A DNA stretch of 64,000 nt from an uncultured Alphaproteobacteria bacterium. Its GTDB lineage: Bacteria > Pseudomonadota > Alphaproteobacteria > Rhodobacterales > Rhodobacteraceae. Numbering within the stretch: the stretch's first letter is position 1; every line of letters starts with the position of its first letter. The notes under the pieces were generated by a model. The model had not been told where the DNA came from and did no database searches. It saw only the letters and a program-made list of their open reading frames with translations. Of the stretch, positions 41,010-51,688 are shown piece after piece. Made by a program: the position numbers and the translations under genes. The stretch is from assembly GCA_902581005.1 (NCBI GenBank), contig CACHMT010000007.1:3201-67200 (forward strand). The letters are read 5' to 3'.

Positions 41010-41510
41010 TTATTTCTTTTTGTCTGTTACATTTTCGAATGGATTATCTGAACGCTGAACTGTTCCTTCAAAATGTGCACCGCTTTCGATTGCTATTGCT
41101 TTGTGTATTATGTCACCTTGTACTCTCGCTTTATTTGTAAGACGAACCTTAAGACCGCGTACGCAACCGATCACATTTCCATTAATAATAACATCATCTG
41201 CTACTATTTCTCCCTTTATCTTGGATGTTTCGCCTACGGTAAGTAAGTGAGCTTGAATATCACCTTCTATTATACCTTCTATCTGTATGTCTCCAGAGGT
41301 AAGAAGGTTTCCCTTTACTTTTAGGTCACTTGACAAAACTGATGGAGGAACTTTTGTAAAAACCTTATCATCTGTGGCAACACTAGTGGGCTCTTTTTCA
41401 GGTGAAGCAGGATCTGATTCTTTCGGTGGCATTGGTACTGGAGCCACTACCATATCTTTATTTTCAGGTTTTTTTGATTTGTTAAACATATCCGTGCCTC
41501 TAAATTTCAT
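41010..41510 (-). CDS. bactofilin-family cytoskeletal protein
   Basis: Pro-rich N-terminal tail, then a beta-helical repeat core: KVKGNLLTSGDIQIEGIIEGDIQAHLLTVGETSKIKGEIVADDVIINGNVIGCVRGLKVRL.. (DUF583 pattern). The start may be the Met at 41489. Confidence 0.8.
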   Translation of the reverse strand: MKFRGTDMFNKSKKPENKDMVVAPVPMPPKESDPASPEKEPTSVATDDKVFTKVPPSVLSSDLKVKGNLLTSGDIQIEGIIEGDIQAHLLTVGETSKIKGEIVADDVIINGNVIGCVRGLKVRLTNKARVQGDIIHKAIAIESGAHFEGTVQRSDNPFENVTDKKK

Positions 41511-41815
41511 CGCTATAATTAAGTGTTTTCGCTACTTCCTTAGAAATCATAATTTTTGTGTCTCTTATGATATTATCTTGTAAAATTAGGTTGCGTATTA
41601 AAACTCAAAATATTGCTACTGTATGGTTTTTATTTAGTTTATTTATTGCGGTAATTGAAAAGTTCATCTTTTATATCCAATGATAGAAATTTAAACCATC
41701 TTTTTATCAGATACAATTTATTTTTGGACAAAAAATAAATATTAGGTGTTTAAACAGCTTTGTTCAAAATTCCACAAAAATGTATCGTCGCTAAAAAATA
41801 ACTGCGTTCCCGTAA

Positions 41816-42298
41816 TTAATGATCTCTAACCAATTCTCGATATTTATCAAATACCTCATTAACATGACCCGCAACCTTAACTTTTCTCCAAATATATTTT
41901 ATGGTTAAGTCCTTATCAACCAAGAAAGTTGATCTTTCTGCACCCATGTATTTTTTGCCATACATTGATTTTTCTTTCCAAGCACTGAGGCTCTGAATAA
42001 GTTGTGTCTGAGGGTCAGATATCAACGGAAATTGTAAATTAAGTTTTTTGGAAAACGATGTATGGCTAGCCAAAGTGTCTTTGGATATCCCAAAAATTGT
42101 TACCCCTGCAGATTTAAATTCAGAGTATTTTTCATTAAATTCTCTTGTTTCTCTGGTGCATCCAGAAGTATTGTCTTTTGGATATATATAAAGGACAGCC
42201 CAGCGCCCAAGTAAATCACTATCTTTGCATGTATTTACAAGTGTTGCCTCCAAGTTAAAACTCGGGAGCTTATCATTCAAGTTTATCTCTTTCACCAT
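41816..42298 (-). CDS. bcp: thioredoxin-dependent peroxiredoxin Bcp
   Basis: 160 aa. Peroxidatic Cys context YPKDNTSGCTRE and body FGISKDTLASHTSFSKK typical of Bcp/PrxQ. Confidence 0.88.
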   Translation of the reverse strand: MVKEINLNDKLPSFNLEATLVNTCKDSDLLGRWAVLYIYPKDNTSGCTRETREFNEKYSEFKSAGVTIFGISKDTLASHTSFSKKLNLQFPLISDPQTQLIQSLSAWKEKSMYGKKYMGAERSTFLVDKDLTIKYIWRKVKVAGHVNEVFDKYRELVRDH

Positions 42299-42385
42299 AC
42301 CAGTCTGGATCCTTACTTTTTAATAGGTTAGCTTATCTATGTAGTTTATATTCGAGTTATGTTTCATGTCTCAACGAGGATATAA

Positions 42386-45300
42386 GTGAATAAATTAAAT
42401 AAACAAGGGGCCGATATTTTGAAAATTATTTCTTCGAATACAGGAAGACGCATTTCTTTGTTAGTTTCGCTAATTCTAATCCTTCTGCTTTCCGGTGCAT
42501 TATCATCATCATTTTTCCTTTCGGAGTCAACACTCAATAAATTGGCGCAATCCAACTATTTTCAAAATAAAATTACGCAAGTTTTAGAAGAGAATGATAT
42601 ATCTTCAAATGGAATTTTATCAATTTCATTTAATAATTTTAGCAGTGCTGATATAACTTTAGAGGAAGGTAGACTTTCCAGTTTTGATAACTTAGTCGGG
42701 CACGATATCAATTTAAAAGTTGATTTTATAAAATATTGGCTTGGCTCACGTTTTATAGATGAAGTATTTATAAAGACAGTGGTTTATCGCCCGCAAAATA
42801 ATTTACGTAAAAACCTTAACAATATAAATAGTGTGGATTTCAAACTCATCACTCAGTCTTTGCATATGTTATTAAATACAATTAATTCGGATTCAATTTT
42901 AATCGATAAAGGAACTCTAAGGTTACAAAATCAAATAGTTAATTTTGAAAAGATCTCTCTTTTTAAAAACGAAAAATCATTAAATGCAAAAGCTATTTTA
43001 AATGTAAAACCAAATGGCAATGAAATTTCTTATGCTGCAAAAGTCAATTTTTCATTAAATCCTAAAAATATTATTACGTTTAATCTTGATTTTAAAGAAT
43101 TTGATTATAATAACTTTTCTTCTTTGAAGGATGTGCCAAGAGCATTTCGTTTTTTTTTAGGTAGGTTCACGGAGATCTCAGATTTATCTGATAAAAAAGG
43201 GAATGCAATTAAATTGGTAGGTACTTATAATTTGAACTCAACTACCCTTAATTTAGAAGCAACTGACATTTCTAATCAATTTAAGTTTAACTCAAGCATC
43301 AATATTATAGAGTCGTTTGAAAACAACGAACTATTATTCACAAAGACTGAGCTAGTATTTGGAGATTACGCTCTGTTTGCATCTAGTTTGAGTTTTAATT
43401 TTGTTGAACGTACATTTGAGTTTAACGTTACAAAATTTTTAATGCCTTTTGAAAATACCTCTGTTTTCTCAAAAAAGTTTAAAATTTTCGGTAATGTCCC
43501 TCTTAAAGAAGGAATTATATCCAAAATAAATATTTTAGGAGAGAATTCTTCTAATTTAAAAGCCAGCTTGAATATAGTGCAATCTTCAGATGTACCGCTT
43601 AATGAAGAAACACATTTTGACTTTTTTGTAAAGTTGGATGCATTGCAAAAAATGAGAGTTAATAATTTCGGAGGCCAGTTAGATTTTTTTTTCACAGAAA
43701 AAAAGAAAGATATAAGTTTGTCCAATGCAGATATGAAAATTAGCTTCAAGGTTGGTGTAAAGAATGTTGTGTTAAATTCGTTTGATGGAAAGATCAATAA
43801 CCTTGTTTATTTCGAAAATGATAAGCCTTTGGTAGAATTAGAAAGTATCGATCTTGAGGGAAATCTAATGCAAGGTTATGTCGCTATTAGCTCGGCTACT
43901 AAGATAGAGCCTTCAATAAATTCATATAGAGATGTAAAAGTAGAATTCAGCTCAGCTGGGAATGTTGAGAATGAGAAGGAGATCACCTTGTCTTTTAGGT
44001 CAAAGGTTAATGATCTTATTTCTGTTTTACCAAAGATAAAATCTGATTTCACATGGTTAAATTCTCTTGCTCGCTCTCAAGGAGAAAAGGAAGTTTCATT
44101 TACATACTCAAAAGCAATTGCTTTAAATAAGATTGAAGAGTTTTTCACTCCTGAAAAAAATATTTTTGAACTTAAACTTAAAAATTTATTAATTCCCTTT
44201 ACCGCTAAGAATTCTGTCAATTTGGACTCACTCAATCTCAAAGCAGTAGGTAATACGATTTTTTTCGACGGTGTCACGGCAAATGATAATAAGAAAATCA
44301 GTGGTTCCATTGATAATGGATTTTCAAATATTTCCAATGAAGATGAGTCTAGTGGTCTTGTTATCTTTTTTGATGACCTTGATACTGAGATGCTTTTCCC
44401 TCAGTTCTCAACCTTTAAGATCAAAGGTCCACTGAAAATTACTTTTTTTCCTGTCGAAAAAGATGATAACATTTTAACTCAAAGCAGTATTGACCTTACT
44501 AAGGCAGATGTTTACATCCCAGCCCTAGCTCTAAAAAAAGTCAGGGGCAAAAAAGGCCAACTAAAATTAGGTTTTACAAAAGACAATAGATCTTTGTTTG
44601 AATACTCTCAAAATGATGTTTTAGTGTCAGGAACTGCTTTACATAAATCGATTTTTGAAATTAAAAAAGTAAATTATTCAAACATCAGTACGCCTGATAT
44701 TCGAATAAAAAGAGCAACTTTTCAAAGGTTCGGTGAGTATGATCAATTTAAGACCAATAAAGGAACTATTAGCTTAGAGTTTTTAATGCGCTTAAGCTTC
44801 AAAAAAAAGAAGATACCTCTTGACTTTATTTTTAGCGATATTGTCGTAACTTTCAAAAAGAACAAGTTCTTAGACCCTCTTAAGGGGGAAATCCGTTCTT
44901 TTGAAGGACTTAGAGGATATGCTAAGGCAAAATCTTCATCGAAATCAAATCTCGAAATTATTATCAGTCCACATAAGCATAATGGAATAACTTTGGTTAT
45001 TTCAGGAAACGATGCTGGTGAGTTTTTAAGAAGAGGGAAATACTATGAAAACGGTTACGGTGGTTTATTTAAGGCATCGATTTTCTATAAAAATAGAAAA
45101 AAAATCTCGGGATCTTTACAAATCGAAGAATTTAGAATAAAGAACGCTCCTGTTCTAGCTCAGATTATTTCCTCCGCTAGTATTATAGGATTACTCGATA
45201 CCCTAAATGGGAATGGACTGTTGTTTACCAAAATAGAGGGATCTTTTGATTACAAGGATGGTGAGCTGACCCTAAATGATGGTGTAGCAGTTGGCCCATC

Positions 45301-45583
45301 AATCGGACTAACAATGGCCGGATATGAAAGATACGGAAAAAAACAAAATACCGTTAATGTGAATGGGTTAGTTTCACCCGTATACATAATAAACGGAGTA
45401 GTAAAAGCTATTCCATTGATAGGGAAAGTTTTAGGTGGAGAAAAAGGTGAAGGTGTATTTGGGGTTTCATACAAAGTTCAGGGCAACTCTAGCAACCCAA
45501 GAGTTTTAGTAAACCCTTTGTCGATACTTACGCCAGGCGTATTTAGAAAAATATTTAATTTCGAAGAAAACGGTAATAAGTGA
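42386..45583 (+). CDS. YhdP/AsmA-like giant envelope protein (DUF3971/AsmA_2 type)
   Basis: 1065 aa with an N-terminal TM anchor and a long beta-rich, low-complexity body. The conserved C-terminus GVFGVSYKVQGNSSNPRVLVNPLSILTPGVFRKIF matches the YhdP-family end motif. Confidence 0.7.
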   Translation: MNKLNKQGADILKIISSNTGRRISLLVSLILILLLSGALSSSFFLSESTLNKLAQSNYFQNKITQVLEENDISSNGILSISFNNFSSADITLEEGRLSSFDNLVGHDINLKVDFIKYWLGSRFIDEVFIKTVVYRPQNNLRKNLNNINSVDFKLITQSLHMLLNTINSDSILIDKGTLRLQNQIVNFEKISLFKNEKSLNAKAILNVKPNGNEISYAAKVNFSLNPKNIITFNLDFKEFDYNNFSSLKDVPRAFRFFLGRFTEISDLSDKKGNAIKLVGTYNLNSTTLNLEATDISNQFKFNSSINIIESFENNELLFTKTELVFGDYALFASSLSFNFVERTFEFNVTKFLMPFENTSVFSKKFKIFGNVPLKEGIISKINILGENSSNLKASLNIVQSSDVPLNEETHFDFFVKLDALQKMRVNNFGGQLDFFFTEKKKDISLSNADMKISFKVGVKNVVLNSFDGKINNLVYFENDKPLVELESIDLEGNLMQGYVAISSATKIEPSINSYRDVKVEFSSAGNVENEKEITLSFRSKVNDLISVLPKIKSDFTWLNSLARSQGEKEVSFTYSKAIALNKIEEFFTPEKNIFELKLKNLLIPFTAKNSVNLDSLNLKAVGNTIFFDGVTANDNKKISGSIDNGFSNISNEDESSGLVIFFDDLDTEMLFPQFSTFKIKGPLKITFFPVEKDDNILTQSSIDLTKADVYIPALALKKVRGKKGQLKLGFTKDNRSLFEYSQNDVLVSGTALHKSIFEIKKVNYSNISTPDIRIKRATFQRFGEYDQFKTNKGTISLEFLMRLSFKKKKIPLDFIFSDIVVTFKKNKFLDPLKGEIRSFEGLRGYAKAKSSSKSNLEIIISPHKHNGITLVISGNDAGEFLRRGKYYENGYGGLFKASIFYKNRKKISGSLQIEEFRIKNAPVLAQIISSASIIGLLDTLNGNGLLFTKIEGSFDYKDGELTLNDGVAVGPSIGLTMAGYERYGKKQNTVNVNGLVSPVYIINGVVKAIPLIGKVLGGEKGEGVFGVSYKVQGNSSNPRVLVNPLSILTPGVFRKIFNFEENGNK

Positions 45584-46635
45584 TGATCCATGATTTAGAC
45601 TCATATGACTATTCTTATCCTGATGAATTAGTTGCCTTGAATCCTTTAGCAGCCAAAGATCAGGCTAATATGCTTGTATTTAAAAAAAATAGGTTTTCTC
45701 ATCAAAGAGTATCTGACCTACTAAAATATGTGTCTCCAAGTGACTTGTTGGTTTTTAACAATACGAGGGTCATGCCGTGCAGGCTTACAGGCCAAAGACA
45801 GAGGGCATCCTCGACAAATATAAAACCAAAAGTCAACGTTACTTTAAATAAAGCGATTGATGGGAATGTTTGGACTACCTTTTGTAAACCATTAAAAAAA
45901 CTAAAAAAAGGCGATAGAATAATTTTTTCAAAAGATTTGTCTGCTGAGGTCGTTTCAATTAACTTTGCACAATGTGTAATGAATTTTGAGTCTGGGGAGA
46001 AAAAGTTAATAACTTGCTTAAAAGAGATAGGGGATATGCCTTTACCACCGTATATAATTAAAAAACGCGAACACAAAAAAGCAGATTTTAAAAGCTATCA
46101 AACTCCTTTTGCTGAAATTGATGGGTCAGTTGCCGCACCAACAGCATCTTTGCATTTTCCAGACGATTATCTACTTAGCTTGAAGAGAAAAAATATACCC
46201 TATTGCTTTATAACATTGCATGTTAGTGGAGGAACTTTTTTACCAATCCGCGAGAAGAACATAGATAAACACAAAATGCATTCTGAATTTGCTAGTGTTG
46301 ATGAAAATTCTGCATTACAAATACGCGAGACGCTGAAAAAGGGAGGAAAATTAATTGCCGTTGGTACAACGGTGATGAGAGTGCTAGAGAGTTCTATTTT
46401 TGTCGATAACGGTTTTCATTCATTTAATGGATCTATTGACACCTTTATTAAGCCAGGTCATGATTTTAAAGTATGCTCAGGTTTATTTACCAATTTTCAT
46501 ATGCCTAAATCCACCCTTTTCATACTTGTAAATGCCTTTTTAGGTATCAAAAAAGCTAATGAGCTATATGAATTGGCAATAGAAAAAAGATACAGGCTTT
46601 TTTCATACGGAGATTGTTGTCTCTTGTTTCCGTGA
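45580..46635 (+). CDS. queA: tRNA preQ1(34) S-adenosylmethionine ribosyltransferase-isomerase
   Basis: YDYSYPDELVALNP, PLPPYI, VAAPTASLHF and AVGTTVMRVLES motifs. Confidence 0.94.
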   Translation: MMIHDLDSYDYSYPDELVALNPLAAKDQANMLVFKKNRFSHQRVSDLLKYVSPSDLLVFNNTRVMPCRLTGQRQRASSTNIKPKVNVTLNKAIDGNVWTTFCKPLKKLKKGDRIIFSKDLSAEVVSINFAQCVMNFESGEKKLITCLKEIGDMPLPPYIIKKREHKKADFKSYQTPFAEIDGSVAAPTASLHFPDDYLLSLKRKNIPYCFITLHVSGGTFLPIREKNIDKHKMHSEFASVDENSALQIRETLKKGGKLIAVGTTVMRVLESSIFVDNGFHSFNGSIDTFIKPGHDFKVCSGLFTNFHMPKSTLFILVNAFLGIKKANELYELAIEKRYRLFSYGDCCLLFP

Positions 46636-46682
46636 AGTTTTAATTTAAATTTATACTTTAGGTGTTATATAGATAGTCGGGG

Positions 46683-48074
46683 GTGTTAATGAATTTCGAT
46701 TTGGTAATAATTGGTTCAGGGCCAGGGGGATATGTGGCTGCAATTAGAGGCGCTCAATTAGGCCTTAAAGTTGCTGTAGTTGAAAGAGAAGCTCTGGGGG
46801 GTATATGCCTCAATTGGGGATGTATTCCCACAAAGTCATTTTTAAGATCGGCTGAGGTTCTCAAAATTATAGAGAGTTCTGAAAAGTACGGAATAAAAAG
46901 CAAATTGGGAGACATAGATATACGCGAGGTTGTTAAAAGATCTCGTTCAATTGCTAAAAAATTATCTTCTGGCGTCGAATACCTTCTAAAAAAAAACAAG
47001 GTTGAAATTTTCCTTGGAGACGCTTCATTCAAATCATCTAATTCCATTCAAATTAAATCCAAAAATAACTCGATCAAAGAAATAACTGGTAAAAATATAT
47101 GTATTGCAACTGGTGGGAGACCGCGTGAAATTAGTGGAATTCATAGTTCTAGCAATATTTGGTTCTATAAAGAGGCTCTTCAAGTTGATAAGATACCTAG
47201 GAAGCTCCTAGTCGTTGGTTCAGGCGCGATTGGTGTGGAATTTGCTAGTTTTTTTGCTCAAATGGGATCAGATGTCTCACTATTGGAGTCAAAACCGACT
47301 ATTCTTCCAAATGAAGACTTGGAAGTATCAAACTTTGTAGAAAAACAGTTTTTAAAGCGGGGGATTAAGGTTTATAAAAATCACTCACTTTTATCTCTGA
47401 AAGAAAAAGGAACTTTATTCGAGGCTGAATTGAAAAGCGAAGACAAAATACTTTCTTTGGAGTTTGAAAAGGCTATTTTAGCTATAGGGATTGTTGGAAA
47501 TATAGAAAATCTAAATCTTGAAAGTATTAACATTAATTGCTCGAATGGAAGTATTGTAGTTGACGAATATTGTAAAACAAATGTAGATAATATTTATGCT
47601 ATCGGTGATGTAGCAAGTCCTCCTTGGCTCGCTCATAAGGCAAGTCATGAGGGTATTTCCGTCGCTGAACAAATCGCTGGGATGAACGTGCACCCTATAA
47701 AAAAAGATCGAATTCCAGCTTGTACTTATTGCGATCCAGAAGTAGCTAGTATTGGCCTTACTGAAAAGGAAGCGATTGAAAATGGGTTTGATTTCAATAT
47801 CGGAATGTTTCCTTTTAGTGCTAATGGGAAAGCGATGGCTATGGGATATGAAAATGGTTTTGTTAAGACTTTAATTGAGAAAGATACCGGGGAGTTTTTG
47901 GGCGTGCATATGGTTGGAATGGGTGTAACCGAATTAATTCATAATTATGCTTTGGCTAAGGAAGCAGAGATTATAAAGGAAAATATTGAGAACACTATTT
48001 TTCCTCACCCCACGTTATCAGAGGCGATTCATGAAAGTGTTCTAAAAGCGTCCGATAGAGAAATACATATATAA
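46683..48074 (+). CDS. lpdA: dihydrolipoyl dehydrogenase
   Basis: FAD motif VIIGSGPGGYVAA, redox-active disulfide GGICLNWGCIPTK, C-terminal HPTLSEA interface motif. Confidence 0.95.
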   Translation: MLMNFDLVIIGSGPGGYVAAIRGAQLGLKVAVVEREALGGICLNWGCIPTKSFLRSAEVLKIIESSEKYGIKSKLGDIDIREVVKRSRSIAKKLSSGVEYLLKKNKVEIFLGDASFKSSNSIQIKSKNNSIKEITGKNICIATGGRPREISGIHSSSNIWFYKEALQVDKIPRKLLVVGSGAIGVEFASFFAQMGSDVSLLESKPTILPNEDLEVSNFVEKQFLKRGIKVYKNHSLLSLKEKGTLFEAELKSEDKILSLEFEKAILAIGIVGNIENLNLESININCSNGSIVVDEYCKTNVDNIYAIGDVASPPWLAHKASHEGISVAEQIAGMNVHPIKKDRIPACTYCDPEVASIGLTEKEAIENGFDFNIGMFPFSANGKAMAMGYENGFVKTLIEKDTGEFLGVHMVGMGVTELIHNYALAKEAEIIKENIENTIFPHPTLSEAIHESVLKASDREIHI

Positions 48075-48080
48075 TATTAG

Positions 48081-49055
48081 ATGAAGATGAATAAAAGATT
48101 TGAAATAAGACACCCCGAAAAGCTTAAAAACCAAACCGTTCCTATGCCAAAAAAACCTTCATGGATAAAGGTAAAAGCTCCATTATCTGAAGGCTATAAA
48201 GAAACAAGGAAGCTTGTTAAACAAAATAATCTTAAAACAATCTGTGAAGAGGCTAGCTGCCCTAATATCGGAGAATGTTGGTCTAGGGGTCATGCCACGT
48301 TTTTAATAATGGGAGACATATGCACAAGAGGCTGCGCATTTTGTAACGTCAAAACTGGCATGCCCTACAAGCTTGATATGTTGGAGCCAGATCGAATAGG
48401 GCTTTCAGTTCAGAAAATGAATCTTAGACATGTAGTCGTTACTAGTGTCGATAGAGACGATCTACCAGACGGTGGAGCTCAACACTATGTAAAGACAATT
48501 GACGCTATTAAAAAGTATTCTCCTTCGACTACAATCGAAATTTTGACACCAGATTTTTTAAAATGTGATGATGACGTTATAATTCAAATACTAAACTCTG
48601 AACCCGATGTATTTAATCATAACTTAGAGACCGTACCGAGCCTTTATCCTGTTGTTAGACCTGGTGCTAGATATTTCAATTCGTTAAGACTCTTAAGTAA
48701 AGTGAAGGAAGAGAAACGGTCTATTTTTACCAAATCAGGTATTATGGTTGGAATGGGAGAAACTAGAATTGAAGTGAGTCAATTAATGGATGACTTGAGA
48801 GCAGCAGAGGTAGATTTCTTAACTATTGGTCAATATTTACAACCGACCCCTAAGCACTTCCCAGTCAAAGAGTTTGTAACACCTGAAACATTTGAACATT
48901 ATAAAAAGTTGGCACTAGGCAAAGGTTTCTTGCTGGTCTCGTCAACACCACTAACAAGATCATCTTTCCATGCAGATGATGATTTTCAACTCTTAAAAGA
49001 AGCTAGAAGAAAAGCCTTGCATGCTCAAAAAAACGTTAACAAAAAACGTATATGA
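48081..49055 (+). CDS. lipA: lipoyl synthase
   Basis: The two Fe-S cluster motifs [12 protein letters not shown] and CTRGCAFC. 324 aa. Confidence 0.96.
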   Translation: MKMNKRFEIRHPEKLKNQTVPMPKKPSWIKVKAPLSEGYKETRKLVKQNNLKTICEEASCPNIGECWSRGHATFLIMGDICTRGCAFCNVKTGMPYKLDMLEPDRIGLSVQKMNLRHVVVTSVDRDDLPDGGAQHYVKTIDAIKKYSPSTTIEILTPDFLKCDDDVIIQILNSEPDVFNHNLETVPSLYPVVRPGARYFNSLRLLSKVKEEKRSIFTKSGIMVGMGETRIEVSQLMDDLRAAEVDFLTIGQYLQPTPKHFPVKEFVTPETFEHYKKLALGKGFLLVSSTPLTRSSFHADDDFQLLKEARRKALHAQKNVNKKRI

Positions 49056-49458
49056 TTGCAGGGCAAATGATCTGCTTAATGTTGTGGCTGATGTAAAATC
49101 GTATACAAACTTTATTCCTTTTTGTTCTGATGTAGAAATATACGATAGGTCTGTTTCAGAAGAAATAGAGCGTTTCGCTGCTCGACTATCAATTAACTTT
49201 AAATTCACCTTTGAAAACTTTGAAACAAAAGTAGTAGTAAACCGGAAATCAAATACTATCTCAATTTCTAGTGACACTAAACCATTTAAATCTATGATTG
49301 CAGAATGGTCGTTTATTGAAAAAGATAATTTTTGTGAAGTTACTTTTTCTATAGCAGTGTCATTTAGTTCATTTATAAAAGAGAAAATAGTTTCTATCAG
49401 TTTTGAAAAAATAGCATTAAATGTTATTGACGCTTTTGAAAGGAGAGCGAGAGAATAA
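49021..49458 (+). CDS. SRPBCC-fold protein (RatA / COQ10-like polyketide-cyclase family)
   Basis: 145 aa. [20 protein letters not shown] matches the RatA/COQ10 N-terminal pattern. Conserved position after lipA in alphaproteobacteria. Confidence 0.7.
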   Translation: MLKKTLTKNVYDCRANDLLNVVADVKSYTNFIPFCSDVEIYDRSVSEEIERFAARLSINFKFTFENFETKVVVNRKSNTISISSDTKPFKSMIAEWSFIEKDNFCEVTFSIAVSFSSFIKEKIVSISFEKIALNVIDAFERRARE

Positions 49459-49463
49459 AATTT

Positions 49464-49958
49464 TTAAATTTCTCTTATAATGTTTAGGCTCATTTTAAGA
49501 GCTTCATGCACACTTTTTTGTTGAATTATTTTTCTTTCAACGTTTCCAAAGTTATGTTCAGTAATCACCTCAGTGTTATTAGACGAAATTTTAACCCCAA
49601 TAAAAACCAAACCAACTGGTTTAGACTCTGATGCACTTGGTCCAGCAACACCTGATATAGCTATAGTTAAAGCTTTTGATTCCGCATGGTTGCATAAACC
49701 AGATAACATTTCTTTTACAGTTTCAAAACTCACTGCTCCATGGGACTTTAATGTTGCTTCATCTACATTTAAAAATTTTCTTTTTGATTGATTTGAGTAG
49801 CAAATAATGCCATGTGAAAAAACAGCTGAAGAACCGGCTATTTCCGTGATATTTGCACTCAATAGTCCACCCGTGCAGCTTTCAGCAGTAATTAATTTTA
49901 TATTTTTGTTTAAACAAGAATCTAAGAGTTTTCTGGTTAATTTTTGAGATTTTAGCAT
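49464..49958 (-). CDS. CinA C-terminal-domain protein (nicotinamide-nucleotide amidohydrolase PncC-like)
   Basis: 164 aa with TAESCTGGLLSANIT and GVAGPSAS motifs typical of the CinA/PncC domain. Confidence 0.85.
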   Translation of the reverse strand: MLKSQKLTRKLLDSCLNKNIKLITAESCTGGLLSANITEIAGSSAVFSHGIICYSNQSKRKFLNVDEATLKSHGAVSFETVKEMLSGLCNHAESKALTIAISGVAGPSASESKPVGLVFIGVKISSNNTEVITEHNFGNVERKIIQQKSVHEALKMSLNIIREI

Positions 49959-50422
49959 TAAAAACTCAATGCAAATATTAATAAAAGTGCAGAAAAGATG
50001 CCTGCTAAAATATCGTCAAATATTACACCAAAAGAATTATTCATTTTATCAAACTTATTTATTGGATAAGGTTTGACGATGTCAAAAAACCTAAAAAAAA
50101 GCAATGAGATTATACACATTAATAATTGTGGAGGGTTAGTTTGCTCAAAAAGCAATAAAGGCAATAAAGCAATTGATTGCCCGATAACCTCATCTATTAC
50201 AATCTCACTTCGATCTTTTTCTACCAACTCATAGGTATAGATGCTAACAGCAAAAAAAGCCAAAATAGAAGTTATCAAAATGATAATCATAAATAAGTAA
50301 GAAATTAAATGCTTGGCAAAAAAATAAAAGATCAATGTAGTAACTAAGCTTGCAATTGATCCAGGAGCTATCTTCGCATGTCCTATATAGAAAAAAGTTA
50401 CTATTAATCTAGCTAGTCTCAT
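49958..50422 (-). CDS. pgpA: phosphatidylglycerophosphatase A
   Basis: 154 aa membrane protein with GSIASL, VIDEVIGQ and FRFFDIVKPYPI motifs of PgpA. Confidence 0.85.
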   Translation of the reverse strand: MRLARLIVTFFYIGHAKIAPGSIASLVTTLIFYFFAKHLISYLFMIIILITSILAFFAVSIYTYELVEKDRSEIVIDEVIGQSIALLPLLLFEQTNPPQLLMCIISLLFFRFFDIVKPYPINKFDKMNNSFGVIFDDILAGIFSALLLIFALSF

Positions 50423-50888
50423 ATAATAGTATGGAACATATTGATGCTATCCCTTCCTCTCGTCCTGTGAACCCTAATCCTTCTGTCGTTGTTGCTTTCA
50501 CATTAATTTTAGCATGTTCCAGTGAGCAGATTTTCGAGAGATTAGCTATTAGCTGCTCTCTGAACTTATTTATTTTAGGTTTTTCACATATGATAGTTAA
50601 GTCAATATTAGACAATTCTAAATTTCTTTGTTTAGCTTGTTTAATAGACCAGTTTAAAAAAATCATGGAATCCGCTTTTTCCCATTTCTTATCTGTATCA
50701 GGGAAGTGGAGTCCTATATCACCAAGGGCTAAAGCTCCTAAAATTGCATCCGTTAGGGCGTGAAGAGCCACATCAGCATCAGAGTGTCCAGCAAGACTTT
50801 TATCGAATGGTATTTCAACTCCACACAAATATATTTTATTTCCTGGTTCGAATGCATGAACATCAAATCCAGTACCTATTCTAAACAT
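50409..50888 (-). CDS. ispF: 2-C-methyl-D-erythritol 2,4-cyclodiphosphate synthase
   Basis: RIGTGFDVHAF, GHSDADVALHALTDAILGA and FPDTD motifs. Confidence 0.95.
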   Translation of the reverse strand: MFRIGTGFDVHAFEPGNKIYLCGVEIPFDKSLAGHSDADVALHALTDAILGALALGDIGLHFPDTDKKWEKADSMIFLNWSIKQAKQRNLELSNIDLTIICEKPKINKFREQLIANLSKICSLEHAKINVKATTTEGLGFTGREEGIASICSILLYETS

Positions 50889-51609
50889 TTAAAAATAGTT
50901 TCTCTGCAATTTTAACATCCTCTGGAGTTGTAATTTTAAAATTATACTCGCTACCAGAAACAATATCGATTTTTTTTTTGTCAATGAGAGCTAAGTTTAC
51001 ATCATCCGTATGATGTTCATCGCAGCTCATATGGCTTCGATAGATATAGTCAAAGTGAAAGGCTTGAGGAGTTTGTGCTCTAATAAGAGAGTCACGATTA
51101 AGACCAAGAGCATCAATTGTGCTTTGATTATTTTCTTTTTCCTCTACATAAAGAGTATCCGTAATCCTAATTGCAGGGAAAACTACATCGAACTTATCAA
51201 GACCCTTTATGCAATTTCTTATAATTTCCTTGCTTGTGAAAGGCCTTGCCCCATCTTGAATAAGTATTTTTTTACAACCTATCTCTGATATTGCTTTAAG
51301 ACCATTCTTAACAGAATGAGACCTGGTCTCACCCCCAAAGCATTTTGGTAATAGTTTTGGATTATTAATTTTAGCAATGGCTTTTTCGTAAAACTCTAAG
51401 TGATCTTCATTTATAACTACAATGACAAAGTCTATTAGAGGTTCGTCTATAAAATTCTCAATATTTTTTTCTAAAACGTTTTTACGCCCAAAATGTAGAT
51501 ATTGTTTTGGAACTATTGATTCCGATCTTATTCCTTTTCCTGCTGCAACAATTAATGCACCTGTAAATTTTTTTTCCATAAAGAATTTATTGTAATTAGT
51601 CTGGTTCAA
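50881..51609 (-). CDS. ispD: 2-C-methyl-D-erythritol 4-phosphate cytidylyltransferase
   Basis: ALIVAAGKGIR N-terminal motif and IQDGARPF. Overlaps ispF by 8 nt (ATGTTTAG) rather than being fused to it. Confidence 0.9.
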   Translation of the reverse strand: MNQTNYNKFFMEKKFTGALIVAAGKGIRSESIVPKQYLHFGRKNVLEKNIENFIDEPLIDFVIVVINEDHLEFYEKAIAKINNPKLLPKCFGGETRSHSVKNGLKAISEIGCKKILIQDGARPFTSKEIIRNCIKGLDKFDVVFPAIRITDTLYVEEKENNQSTIDALGLNRDSLIRAQTPQAFHFDYIYRSHMSCDEHHTDDVNLALIDKKKIDIVSGSEYNFKITTPEDVKIAEKLFLNV

Positions 51610-51688
51610 GTTTAAATTGATATCCTTAACAATTGCAATAATAATTACGCTTTTATTTATGTTATGAAATTATGGCCTGAGCATTAGA

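Noticed and set aside
50881-50888. The ispD/ispF junction as a frameshifted ispDF fusion.
   Set aside because: A TAA lies immediately upstream of the ispF ATG in its own frame, and ispD ends with its own TAG. The ATGTTTAG overlap is a normal coupled-gene junction, not a broken fusion.
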